Below are positions 1 through 10,014 of a stretch of 64,000 nucleotides of DNA, piece after piece. The translations under genes and the position numbers were made by a program. The DNA is from a virus (taxonomy: Duplodnaviria; Caudoviricetes), in IMG/VR virus record IMGVR_UViG_3300036766_002286. One strand, written 5' to 3'. Position 1 is the first letter of the stretch. Each line of letters opens with the position of its first letter. The notes below the pieces were generated by a model. The model was not told the origin of the DNA and made no database searches. It worked only from the letters and a program-made list of their open reading frames with translations.

Positions 1-651
1 AGGTTCACAGCATACTCACAAAACACATACAGGCATAAATAGTCTCAATCTCACATTTGAAGACACAAACCATTCACAACATAACATCCGAATCAGCTCT
101 ATAAAACTTCTCAATAACGCTTAGATCTCGGCAAGTTACTTTCAAAACCACCAGCAAATCTCTTTAATTAACTTGCCGACCATTGCTACTTCAGAACATA
201 TAATACAAAGCAAGCCTCGGCAAGCTAATATAGAATACCAAACACCACAAACTCTATATAAAATATAAATAAAACCCACAACAACATTATGAACAAAATA
301 GAGCAACCGACTCTAAATATTATCCTCAACAAAGAGGGTAACTACTATACATCTATCTACTTAACTCACTCTCTAATTAAGCTAGTAACAAACTTTCAAT
401 CTCTAATCTAAGCATCATTTCTTACTATAATACTAGTCTTTAATATGCGGAAACTCACAAAATAATAACACAGCATCAAGCCTCTTTTATCATAATTCTT
501 CTATCTCTCTTCTCTCTTGGTCCACACATCCTACTAGTTTCGTTCGTTTCAAAGCTACCTGGGTTTGCTTAAATCTCGGGCCACCGGTACCTCTTATTCG
601 GATTTTAGGCGCGTCGCCAATCTCACAGGCGCCCGTTCAATAAGTTTCTAG

Positions 652-1356
652 CTAGCGGGTATTCGCGTCATTGTAGTTCACATTGTCTAAATTGGCGCCC
701 ATAAACTTCGTACCCTCACAAATTGTGCTACCAAGATCTGCGCCACTTAGATTCGCGCTTGTCAGGTCTGCTCCACTCAAATCCGCCCACCTCAGGTCAG
801 CGCCCCGCAGATCCGTATTACATAATACAGCTCGACTGAAGTTCGCGCTCGCAAAATCAGCGTACGACAGATTAGCATTTTTTAGTGCTGCATCGCTGAA
901 ATCAGCCATCACCGCCCTTCCAAATGACATGTTGGCTTTTTCTAGTAATGCTCCAGAAAAATCAGCCTGGAGCGCGTTAGTGTTTATAAGTATTGCTCCT
1001 CGCAGGTCCGCGCCTACAAATGTTACATTCATAAGCAAAGCTTGCAACAAATTTACATTTAGCATTGTCACTTTCGTGAGGTCCGAACCCCACAGGTTTA
1101 CTCCTGCCATGTTGGCGCCTGTAAAATTTGCTCCTCGCGCATCAACAGCGTCCAAAGTTGCCATACTTAGATTAGCATTGCTCAAATCTGCCCCACATAA
1201 ATTAGTGTCATCCATGTCGGCTCTGCTCAGATCCGCTCCAAGAAGCTTCGCTCCTTTTAAGTTCGCACCCTGCAGATCTTTACCTATCCATGATTCACTC
1301 CAAACAAGTTTCATAGTGTCCGCGTTTCTGTCTATATATGTAACGTCCGCTTTCAT
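652..1356 (-). CDS. Pentapeptide repeat protein
   Basis: A(D/N)Lxx repeats throughout; likely start at MKADVTYIDR (Y-I-D-R N-cap). Confidence 0.9.
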   Translation of the reverse strand: MKADVTYIDRNADTMKLVWSESWIGKDLQGANLKGAKLLGADLSRADMDDTNLCGADLSNANLSMATLDAVDARGANFTGANMAGVNLWGSDLTKVTMLNVNLLQALLMNVTFVGADLRGAILINTNALQADFSGALLEKANMSFGRAVMADFSDAALKNANLSYADFASANFSRAVLCNTDLRGADLRWADLSGADLTSANLSGADLGSTICEGTKFMGANLDNVNYNDANTR

Positions 1357-1372
1357 AGGCTTTCTAGCTCTA

Positions 1373-1759
1373 TTAGCCACGCGCAGCATCGTCTGCTGGC
1401 GCATCACACCATTTTCCGTCAGTTCCGACAAGTTGTGTTGTACTTACCCCATTAACGTCCTTGGTATGCCACGCCCACTTACAACATGGAACGTTCATTT
1501 CATCTGAAACAGGGTGACCGCCTTTTAAAATTGTTTCACCCAGCTTAGGAAACAGTTCAAGAAATTTTACGATACAGTCATGGCATAGGTTCCACTCCAC
1601 GCCGGATTCTTCCATATGATCATCAAATCCTCCATAGTAACCAAAAATTTCAGGTCTTAAGTACCAGCCATTATCACAAAGATTTTTCTGCTGCGTACTC
1701 GCTTGTTTGTTTCCACAAGCAGAACATTCTACTAGTTCGGGGTTTGTTGTTGTATACAT
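1373..1759 (-). CDS. Hypothetical Cys-rich (Zn-finger-like) protein, phage-like
   Basis: CSACG and LCHDC motifs; AGGAG upstream of MYTTT start. Confidence 0.6.
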   Translation of the reverse strand: MYTTTNPELVECSACGNKQASTQQKNLCDNGWYLRPEIFGYYGGFDDHMEESGVEWNLCHDCIVKFLELFPKLGETILKGGHPVSDEMNVPCCKWAWHTKDVNGVSTTQLVGTDGKWCDAPADDAARG

Positions 1760-1850
1760 GTTTAATTCTACGCTCCTACTACAGTATTTATATAAAATCT
1801 TAAGATGCTTATCGTGCCAAATAGTTTCAAGTAAGCATGTATATGTGATA

Positions 1851-2489
1851 CTATTTTTGTACCTCAAAGGTCAATTCTGTGCGGTCAATTTCTTGTTGCT
1901 GTCCAGTATTCATTTGACGCAGTATAACAGTGCCCTTATCAACCTCTTGCTCTCCTATGATTACTACTAAATTGGCCCCGCTGCGTCCAGCGGCTTTCAT
2001 TTGTGCTTTCATACTGCGATTATCATAGGCTCGGTCAGTTCTGATTCCAGCGTCTCTAAGTTCTTGACATATCTGGGCTGCGTTCATTCCGCCAGTAGTG
2101 TCTACAACAAACACGTCCACTGCCACACTCGGCGCACAAAATACTCCCTCAGCATTACATGCAAGCAGTGTTCGATCCAATCCCAAAGCAAATCCAACCC
2201 CAGGAGTACGGGGGCCGCCCAAAGTTTCTACAAGTTCATCATAGCGGCCACCGCCTCCAATTGCTGTGTTAGCTGATTTCAGAGCTGTCGAAACGAATTC
2301 AAAAGTGGTTCTCTGGTAATAATCAAGGCCACGCACCAGTCTGTCGTCTATACTAAATTTCACGCCTAAAGTATCAAGTATATTTATGATTGTCTCAAAT
2401 TGCCGTTTGGCGTTAATAGAAAGAAAATCGCGCATGTAGGGGGCTTCTGCGATAATTAGCTGGTCTGCCTCTCGTTTAGAGTCAAGCAT
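1851..2489 (-). pseudogene. hisS: 5'-truncated histidyl-tRNA synthetase (C-terminal catalytic part plus anticodon-binding domain)
   Basis: LVRGLDYY, GGGGRYD, GFALGLDR and KAQMKAA motifs; begins at the internal LDSK motif, so the N-terminal half is absent. Confidence 0.85.
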
Positions 2490-2618
2490 AAAAAGAAGTA
2501 GGAATTTCAGTCATGTCGCATACAAGGTCATCGTTTTGTTCATAATAATGAGTTTCCGAGATTTTGCAAATAGGTCAGATAATTCCATACACCTAGTATC
2601 GGCACTAGACGCCCTTCG

Positions 2619-2834
2619 ATGGAACTCGATGCTACTAAACCTTGTACTGCTCGCAGCCCCATAACTGGAAAAGTGGCCAGATTCACAACAACTTCCCCTG
2701 AGTTCTATACTCTATTAAAAGAGATTAGTGCCACGAAATTTAATAAAAAGCTTGGTCGAGAGCTCAACGCCTTAGCCCGCGCCGACGCTAAATGGCTCCC
2801 GGTATATGATGCTTGGCAAGTATCTAAAATGTAG
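2619..2834 (+). CDS. Hypothetical protein, truncated paralogue of 41390..41746
   Basis: TTSPEFYTLLKE...ELNALARADAKWLPVYDAW aligns with TNSPRFHEILNE...ELKALSLSDPKWLPIFEEW. Confidence 0.55.
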   Translation: MELDATKPCTARSPITGKVARFTTTSPEFYTLLKEISATKFNKKLGRELNALARADAKWLPVYDAWQVSKM

Positions 2835-2866
2835 TTACGTATTAACTCAAGTATTAATTCTCATAC

Positions 2867-4060
2867 TCAAGATATTTTATGAAAATAAGGCTTGAGACGG
2901 GCAACAGTTTCTACTATGAGCTGTCTGTCTATTTCTGTTTCGCTAATGTTGCTCCATTCCCCGCGCTCCGGGGCATCTAGAAGCTCTGCTACAATTAAGC
3001 GCATATATTGCCCGGGCGCTGGAGGATTTTTACATATCATTGTCTTGCCGTTCGGTGTTGTCCAAAAAAGATAAGGTTCTTGCCCTTTGCTGTAAATTTC
3101 GCACAGCTGTGTCGCCGCTTGGAGTTCTTCGTGTTCGGACTTCGGAAAGTCTGCTTTAATTTTTGCAGTCAAATTAACTGCTACTGGTAAAATATGAAGA
3201 TGCGCGTGTTTGACCGTCTGCCCAACAACACCGTGCTCAAACATTGTAATAGGGCACGGAATCGTTGCGTTATTAGGCAGGTATTCTAGGCAAAGAGCGT
3301 GCGATACTTCTTTAGTTATATTAGACATTGATTTTGATTGCTTACTTGTAAGTGCCCCCATACATGAAACATGATCTTTTGGAATTATAAGCACATAACC
3401 GCCAACTATCTGGCCAAGAGTGGCAATTACATACCAGTCGCTATTTTCAGTAATAATGCGATCTACAAACTTTGTCCGGTCACAGAAAACACAATTATTA
3501 TTCATTATAAAAGTACAACCTGTTTTCGTTCGCTTTACTGATTCCTGTTTTGGCGCATTTCTCTCAATGCGTGTCCAAATTGGCCGATACCCCGGCAAGG
3601 CCAGCTGCCAGTTAGAACTTCCAGCCAGAAGTTTACCACCTCCCGCTGACCAAATATCAGCACATACTTTTCCTGCAACTTGTTCATTGAGTGCTTTCCA
3701 TACGGTGCGTCCGATGTTTTGTCGTTGAAATGCCGTCTCCACAGCAATCGCTCCAACCCACCAACATATTCCAGTAGGCTCCGCATCAGATATTTTAAGT
3801 AGGTCGCTGGTGATTGTGCCATTCACTAATAATCTATAGGCGTCCTCACTGATCGCAAACGCGTCTGCAAATCCTAATAAGGTTCCTTGCCGCCGCGCTG
3901 TAACTGCTTTTACTGCCCCAACTTCCCACCATTTCATGAATTCTGCTGTTGGCCATGCGTCCTCTCCAAATAGCTGTCGATCGAGTGCTAGAATCTCGGG
4001 CAGATCTTCCTTTACAGCTATTTTGATTTGCAGGGGTTCAGTTTTGGCCTTTTGTACCAT
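2867..4060 (-). CDS. GNAT acetyltransferase-like domain fused to HIT-family nucleotide hydrolase
   Basis: N-terminal IAVETAFQRQNIG (acetyl-CoA motif A-like); C-terminal CVFC, IIPKDHV, FEHG and HAHLH histidine triad. Confidence 0.75.
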   Translation of the reverse strand: MVQKAKTEPLQIKIAVKEDLPEILALDRQLFGEDAWPTAEFMKWWEVGAVKAVTARRQGTLLGFADAFAISEDAYRLLVNGTITSDLLKISDAEPTGICWWVGAIAVETAFQRQNIGRTVWKALNEQVAGKVCADIWSAGGGKLLAGSSNWQLALPGYRPIWTRIERNAPKQESVKRTKTGCTFIMNNNCVFCDRTKFVDRIITENSDWYVIATLGQIVGGYVLIIPKDHVSCMGALTSKQSKSMSNITKEVSHALCLEYLPNNATIPCPITMFEHGVVGQTVKHAHLHILPVAVNLTAKIKADFPKSEHEELQAATQLCEIYSKGQEPYLFWTTPNGKTMICKNPPAPGQYMRLIVAELLDAPERGEWSNISETEIDRQLIVETVARLKPYFHKIS

Positions 4061-4062
4061 TT

Positions 4063-5235
4063 TTAAGACTCTAGCGGCAAGCTGTCTACCAGTACTCCTA
4101 AAATCTCACGTGCAATTCCACAAGCATAGCGATCTGTCATAGAGTCCACATAACGCACTGCAAGAAAAGCCGGATCCTCTAATTCGTCCGGTGTACTAAT
4201 ATTATAAGTTCCGCTGCTTGTCGGCTTTTGATCTAGTATAAACTTTGTATTTTCTATATAATAGTCAACCAAGCTTGTTAGTGTTCCTATAGCTCTTTTT
4301 GCCTGCTGTAGAGATGCCTCTCTTAGATATATATTTTCAAAATTGTATGTACGAAACAAATTTAATATGTCAGCTGCTTCTTTATCCATACTTATAAAAC
4401 CGTTCTTACGTGTAGATTCTAATAGTCTTTTCATGAAAAAATCTAATTGTGTTTTTTGAGTGACGCCGGTGGCCGCAGAGATAGCCGCAGGCAAGTCATC
4501 CACTGTGATAACGTTTGTACGTACCGCATCGTCCCAGTCATGACAAACATATGATATACGGTCACTCCATGCTACTAACACACCCTCAGGAGTCGCTGGA
4601 CACGGTCTTTTCCATGAATGATTACGTACTCCATCAAGTGTTTGTGTACATAAGTTTAAAGATCTAAGTACTACGCCTGCTCCCCACACAGCATGATCAA
4701 ACCCGCCTTTAATGTACGGCGCAAAGGCCTCCTCTGCTGGATGTCCAAAAGGCCCATGTCCGCAGTCGTGGCTTAATGCTATAGCTTCACATAATGATCT
4801 ATTTAATCCTAACATAGAGGCCATATGTTTTGCTAAATGCGAAACTTCTAATACGTGGGTAAGTCGTGTGCGTATCATGTCGTTTCTGGGGGCAATAAAA
4901 ACCTGACATTTTCCCGCCATTCTTCGAAACACCGAGGACGCTTGTATCTTTTCTACGTCTTTTTCAAAACATAGAAAAAAATCGTCCGGAGTCTCGCTCG
5001 AAAGTCTATCTCCAGTAATACTAGACATTGTAGCCCCCAAGGCTAAAGTCTGGGTTTTTGCAGCACACCTTTGTTCTTGGGTAGCTCTATACGGCTCAAT
5101 TCGTAATTTCTGTGCTCCCTCATGGGACACCGCAGCCCCCTCTGTCATTACGCCAACAGAGGTGAGTGTAGAAATCACTGTTTCATGAAAATTGTCTAGA
5201 TCATCCATTTCATATAATATTGTGCCGAGGTACAC
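4063..5235 (-). CDS. dgt: HD-domain deoxyguanosinetriphosphate triphosphohydrolase (dGTPase)
   Basis: FRRMAGKCQVF, RTRLTH, HDCGHGPFGH, DRISYVCHD and SMTDRYA motifs; start may be further downstream. Confidence 0.85.
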   Translation of the reverse strand: MYLGTILYEMDDLDNFHETVISTLTSVGVMTEGAAVSHEGAQKLRIEPYRATQEQRCAAKTQTLALGATMSSITGDRLSSETPDDFFLCFEKDVEKIQASSVFRRMAGKCQVFIAPRNDMIRTRLTHVLEVSHLAKHMASMLGLNRSLCEAIALSHDCGHGPFGHPAEEAFAPYIKGGFDHAVWGAGVVLRSLNLCTQTLDGVRNHSWKRPCPATPEGVLVAWSDRISYVCHDWDDAVRTNVITVDDLPAAISAATGVTQKTQLDFFMKRLLESTRKNGFISMDKEAADILNLFRTYNFENIYLREASLQQAKRAIGTLTSLVDYYIENTKFILDQKPTSSGTYNISTPDELEDPAFLAVRYVDSMTDRYACGIAREILGVLVDSLPLES

Positions 5236-5292
5236 AATTAAGTCATATATGTTTTTATTTTACTATATTCAGACTTTATATATGAACAGTAA

Positions 5293-6936
5293 CTAAAAAC
5301 ATAGATCAACGTACCCTTTTAAGGCGGCGTTGTTTATGCTAATTTTGATGAGGCACTCATTGTCTGGAGTCTCACCTAGCCCGTCTGCATTTGGGCGTGT
5401 GGGTGTTATCGCAGCAAATACACGGCGATCGAGAGCGCGTAGCGTCTTCGGGTCAGTTCCCCATCTCTGGGTAAACTGTTCGTCAATAACTTGCAGGACT
5501 CGGGATTTACCGAACCGCAAACTCACACTCGGACGCGTTCGTCGTGACTTCACTGTGCGAGCAGCTTCGATATCGGCGTGCCCTTTTCGTCCACAAAATT
5601 TGCAACGAAAATCTTCTTTAACTCTATTTCGGTCATCTACGAAACCACAACCGACACATTCCTGTGACGAATATGGTGCGGGGACAACCACAACCTCAAG
5701 ACCTACGTCTTGACTAAGGTCTTGAAGTTTTTGTTTCACCTGGCTGCGACCAGTACGGCTAATGATTCTGTTCAAACGTTTTGAGAGTCCGCCGTGACGA
5801 AAATCTAGTTCCTCGACAACAAGCATGCTCGGATCATAGAGGTCTACGATACGGTTCAAAGTCCGGTTGATCTCATTTTTCGCATACGCCCTGATCCGTG
5901 ACTGCATTGCTCGGTAGCGGTGTGAATTGCTAGGTTTAATTCCTTGACGCTGTAAGGCAGCAGTCAAGGCTGTGAGTTCACTATCAATGTTCAAAAGCCA
6001 GGTATAAAACGACTGTCCCATAAGATCGCCTTCGGAGGCGGCAAACAAGGTTTTCATGCCCCAATCAAGTCCTACTACTCCACCAGTAGGTATTGGGCGG
6101 GTTTCGGGGGTAACATCTTTCACCATACGGATGATCACAGGCCCAGTTTTAGGGACCGTGATTTGAGTCGCGTTAGTCCACACCCCGGTGCGTGCCTGTT
6201 CGTGAAATGTGGAACGTACCGGTAAGAGTATTGGTTTACCTTTAGTTAAAGTAGAGAACAGGAGCCAGTAGTCAAACCTATCAGCAGATTTGGATGCTTC
6301 CCATTGGCATACGATCCCGTCAAGTTTCATGGTGCGCGAATGCCGTAAGTTCGGGAGCCTCACTCGATGTTTACGGACGTGTTTCACAATTGAGCGCAAC
6401 AACTTCATGTCCTTGACACTAACCACATCAAACCTATCAGCAACTTTCACATACTTTCCTGTAGTCTCGTTGAGAACCGAACTTGGCACAAGGTAAGTAC
6501 CGTCAGATTCTGTGTGATACCAATGCTGAGCAGCATTCACATAGAGCAGCCGGCTTTTATCTTGGTGAGACAAGTGTGTAAGACTTTTGATAATCTTACG
6601 CACCTCAACACCAACAAGAGCAGCCCAGGAAGACAATGTTTCGCAGGCTTGATTATTCGCACTGCGTTTGTAACGTTCCGATAGGGTGGTTTCCAGAAGT
6701 TTTGGATTAGCACAGTTATATATCTTCTCCCCTGATAATACTCGTTGATACTGCATCGCGCAAGCCTTGACAAGTAGCGGCACATAAGCATGATAGACAG
6801 CACGAACTTGTTCCTCTTTACCGGCATTCATCGCGTGCACCATCTCAAAAGTACGTAAGACCCGGCCTTTAGGTTTTGCTTTACGAGACGGCTTCTTAGC
6901 CACAGCTACGGTCACGGACGCTACATTGACGGTCAT
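5293..6936 (-). CDS. tnpB: RNA-guided endonuclease TnpB family protein
   Basis: RuvC-I GLDWG, RuvC-II VEEL, Zn finger CVGC..CKFC, RuvC-III HADIEAA. Confidence 0.9.
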   Translation of the reverse strand: MTVNVASVTVAVAKKPSRKAKPKGRVLRTFEMVHAMNAGKEEQVRAVYHAYVPLLVKACAMQYQRVLSGEKIYNCANPKLLETTLSERYKRSANNQACETLSSWAALVGVEVRKIIKSLTHLSHQDKSRLLYVNAAQHWYHTESDGTYLVPSSVLNETTGKYVKVADRFDVVSVKDMKLLRSIVKHVRKHRVRLPNLRHSRTMKLDGIVCQWEASKSADRFDYWLLFSTLTKGKPILLPVRSTFHEQARTGVWTNATQITVPKTGPVIIRMVKDVTPETRPIPTGGVVGLDWGMKTLFAASEGDLMGQSFYTWLLNIDSELTALTAALQRQGIKPSNSHRYRAMQSRIRAYAKNEINRTLNRIVDLYDPSMLVVEELDFRHGGLSKRLNRIISRTGRSQVKQKLQDLSQDVGLEVVVVPAPYSSQECVGCGFVDDRNRVKEDFRCKFCGRKGHADIEAARTVKSRRTRPSVSLRFGKSRVLQVIDEQFTQRWGTDPKTLRALDRRVFAAITPTRPNADGLGETPDNECLIKISINNAALKGYVDLCF

Positions 6937-7031
6937 GGAGTGACCGGTAAAGCATTCACGAAAGTTTGTGCATAGACACCTGCGGAACGACAGTCGACTC
7001 GAACCGAAACCGGGTACTCGAACAACTTCAT
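6933..7031 (-). pseudogene. Possible internally deleted IS607-type tnpA remnant
   Basis: MKLFEY start resembles IS607 resolvase N-terminus (MKLSEYA); ATGA overlap with tnpB. Confidence 0.35.
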
Positions 7032-7093
7032 ACCTATACTATGCCTTACCTAGTAGATTATGCAACTATATAACACAATAAAGTTCCATAAAA

Positions 7094-7846
7094 CTAGGAA
7101 CTAGTACTAACACTTCCATCAGGCATAGTAGCACCTCTTAACTTGGCGTCTTTTAAGTTTGCTACACCCATATTAGCCTTATACAAGTTAGCCCCCTCCA
7201 GATTAGCTCCATGGAACTCGTTCTTATACAAAAGCGAAACAAAGTAAGCACCCTCGAGGTTAGCGCCACGCATGTCTGCGTCATTAAAATTAGCTCCGTG
7301 TATCTGGCTTCTTCGTAGATCAACACAGCCAAGGTCTGTGTTCTTAAAGTCAACATTAAACATATGGGTATCTATCATATTTGCTCCAAACATATCTGCA
7401 CCCTTAAAATAACAATTCTGCATAGATGCCCCTTGTAAATCCATCCGTCTCATTTTTGCATCTATAAAAGCACAAGTTTTTAATGTTGCTATTCTTGTCT
7501 TGCTTCCTCCTAAGACGGCGTCTGTCAAATCTGCGTTTTCAAATGACATATCTATCATAGTTACTTGTGTTAAATTAGCACCTCTGAGGTCTGCTTCTAT
7601 TAAACGCCCGTTGCCCAGTTGTGCCCCAGCAAGGTTAGCGTGTTGTAAATTCACTTTTGATAGTATAAAGTATTCTAGTCTAATTCTGGTCAAATCTTCT
7701 CCACTCAGGTCAATCTCTCACACATCACGCGTTATTTTCATATTCAAAAGTTCTGGTTTCAAAGCTTTTAATAACTGTCCTTATATATGTTGACGCCAGT
7801 CAGCAAGCTTTTCTAATAGTAGTTCTCGATTACATTTTTCCAACAT
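7094..7846 (-). pseudogene. Pentapeptide repeat protein with two in-frame stops near the 5' end
   Basis: GGAG-ATG at 7846 (MLEKCNRELLL) is in frame with 7094..7693 but interrupted by TAA and TGA; ends GATMPDGS. Confidence 0.75.
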
Positions 7847-7910
7847 AGTAGCTCCAATAACGACCACTGCCCACTATCAGCGCCAAGTGTATACTCTAAA
7901 AGGAGCATTC

Positions 7911-8348
7911 ATGGACGTAAATGATTTTATACAGCAGGAGTGCATTATGCAGCAAGCAGACACTCCAGAAGACTTTTGCCGTATGCGTGAGCTATACACT
8001 CTTGTACAGACCTATTCACCTATTCAAATATTAGAAAATCTTATTGAACTGGGAAATATTTTAGATCCCACAATCACTTCTTTTCGTGTGTTCCAAGCTT
8101 CATTTTCAAGTGGTCGTACTGCAATCGCTCCTGAGAATATTAGCCGCCAAATAACTTTGCTCAGTGAGCATATAAATGGTCTTACTATTCCGATAGCAGC
8201 TGACGCGGCTTTGTATATTTACCATCGTTTCGAAGATATACACCCGCTTCGCGACGGCAACGGCAGAATAGGTGCGGTTTTATATAATGCACTTTGCGGA
8301 ACTCTAAGTGATCCTACTTTTCCAGCAGAATCTATATACTGGCAATAA
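7911..8348 (+). CDS. Fic/Doc family protein
   Basis: HPLRDGNGRIG motif; AAGGAG RBS before MDVNDF. Confidence 0.8.
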   Translation: MDVNDFIQQECIMQQADTPEDFCRMRELYTLVQTYSPIQILENLIELGNILDPTITSFRVFQASFSSGRTAIAPENISRQITLLSEHINGLTIPIAADAALYIYHRFEDIHPLRDGNGRIGAVLYNALCGTLSDPTFPAESIYWQ

Positions 8349-8376
8349 CACCACAGTAATTATTCTTCCGCCACCA

Positions 8377-9567
8377 TTAACAATAAGTAGTTGCAAAGCT
8401 TTTTGCATCCTCGGTAAGCTGCCCAATACCTGCAAATAATTTTCTATTATTCTGGATAGATAGACACGCAGTTTTATACCAGGCAGGTGCCGCTCTATAA
8501 GCCGCCACCACTTTCCATGTTCCTGGTATAACAATAGTAGGCTGAACTGTAATGTTCGTGGCCCAGACATTTCCGGACTCAACTTGAAATTTTATCGTTA
8601 CTACTGTTCCTAAATTTCCTGCCCGCATATCACTCCAAGGCCCTTGTCCGCTCCATAAGTTCCCTAGACCATAAAATACGGGTTTCCCATTTACAAGTTC
8701 AGCTGATTGCAGTACGTGTGCATGATGTCCTATTATAGCATCAACAGCCCCGCTTGCGGTAATACTCTTTGCTAACTCTTTTTGTTGGCTATTCGGTGTT
8801 TGCGAATACTCGGTCCCCCAGTGTATCGATACAATTACTATATCAGCGATTTTTTTCGCAGCCAAAGCATCCTTAATTATGGCACGCGCTTCTAGAAGAT
8901 TTATTATCCATGACTTATCTTTTGGTAGCATTATGCCGTTTGTAGAAAAAGTGTACGCTAAATGTGCCACAGTGATGCCATTAATTTCAAACATGCCTCT
9001 TCCGGCGTCTTCAGCATTTGTCCGCGTCCCAGCAGTCTGCATTCCCAGTTTTCTAAAAGTGTTTATGGTAGAAAATACTCCAGCACTACCCATATCTAAA
9101 GAATGATTAGATGCTGTGCTGCATCCATCAAAACCTACTTTTTTCAAGGACGTCGCAAGTTCACTTGGAATAGAAAATATAGGGTATCCTTGTGGCGCAA
9201 GATCCGTAAGAGGTGTTTCCATGTGACAAATATTTATATCAGCAGTAAGTATCTCAGTAAGTCCACTAAGTTCTTCATTAAAATCATAGCCTTTTTGAAC
9301 ACTTGCTCGTTTTACTAATGATGGGTGCGCTAGTATGTCACCACTAAAACCTATAATAACCTCTTTAGTGTCTATAGGTATCATTTTTATTTTTGCTATA
9401 AACTCATCATGCTTAGACATTTCTTTTTTGAAAAAAGCTGTATTTGTGACACCGCCAGAGTCATAGGCAAGCAGGCCTACCAGCAATACCCACGCATATT
9501 TTATTCGCATAGCTATATTATGCTTCACAAGCTTCTTGCGCCTATTGCTTATAAAAGATCTAAGCAA
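8377..9567 (-). CDS. CapA-family (poly-gamma-glutamate synthesis, metallophosphatase-like) protein
   Basis: GDIL, HMETP, ASNHSLD, HWGTEY, GHHAH and YGLGN motifs; N-terminal hydrophobic segment. Confidence 0.85.
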   Translation of the reverse strand: MLRSFISNRRKKLVKHNIAMRIKYAWVLLVGLLAYDSGGVTNTAFFKKEMSKHDEFIAKIKMIPIDTKEVIIGFSGDILAHPSLVKRASVQKGYDFNEELSGLTEILTADINICHMETPLTDLAPQGYPIFSIPSELATSLKKVGFDGCSTASNHSLDMGSAGVFSTINTFRKLGMQTAGTRTNAEDAGRGMFEINGITVAHLAYTFSTNGIMLPKDKSWIINLLEARAIIKDALAAKKIADIVIVSIHWGTEYSQTPNSQQKELAKSITASGAVDAIIGHHAHVLQSAELVNGKPVFYGLGNLWSGQGPWSDMRAGNLGTVVTIKFQVESGNVWATNITVQPTIVIPGTWKVVAAYRAAPAWYKTACLSIQNNRKLFAGIGQLTEDAKSFATTYC

Positions 9568-9609
9568 GCTTGTTGTTTTTCGTCATAATAGGGCACTGTA
9601 TTATATTAT

Positions 9610-9993
9610 ATGAAAAATAAGGATAAAAAAGATATAAAAAGCACCCACCCCTCCGCCTGGCACAGACATACTATACAGCATGTTAACACACTAATGTATT
9701 ATGATGGAGTTCAGCTTTTTGATGCTCAAGATTCTTCTGGTAAGTACTATGTAGCTATCAATAATACTAGCAACGATCTTATAACTCAACATGATGAATA
9801 TATTGTAATCGAGGTAGTTTTAGAAGATCTGGAAAAATTTCGCGAAGGACTTATAGATTCAGGCACTCTTCTAGACTCTCGTCCTAGTAGTGTATGGTTT
9901 CTTGCTCGTTTTGTAAACGATCTTGCCGCACCTATAGTTATAGAAGCTCAAACTTCGCCACTACCCGCATTCCCTAGAGGCGTTATTTTATGA
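9610..9993 (+). CDS. Hypothetical protein
   Basis: 127-aa ORF with LMYYDGVQLF motif. Confidence 0.6.
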   Translation: MKNKDKKDIKSTHPSAWHRHTIQHVNTLMYYDGVQLFDAQDSSGKYYVAINNTSNDLITQHDEYIVIEVVLEDLEKFREGLIDSGTLLDSRPSSVWFLARFVNDLAAPIVIEAQTSPLPAFPRGVIL

Positions 9994-10014
9994 GTCAGTA
10001 AAAGGAGATATTTT

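Larger units (their letters stand above)
5285..7070 (-). mobile_element. Non-autonomous IS200/IS605- or IS607-like element (tnpB plus probable tnpA remnant)
   Basis: Visibly higher GC than flanks; 32-codon MKLFEY... ORF coupled to tnpB; own TTGCAT-18-TAGTAT promoter; ends approximate. Confidence 0.6.

Noticed and set aside
5330-6827. Alternative-frame ORFs within tnpB
   Set aside because: Overlap a well-supported gene in a higher-GC segment; no motifs
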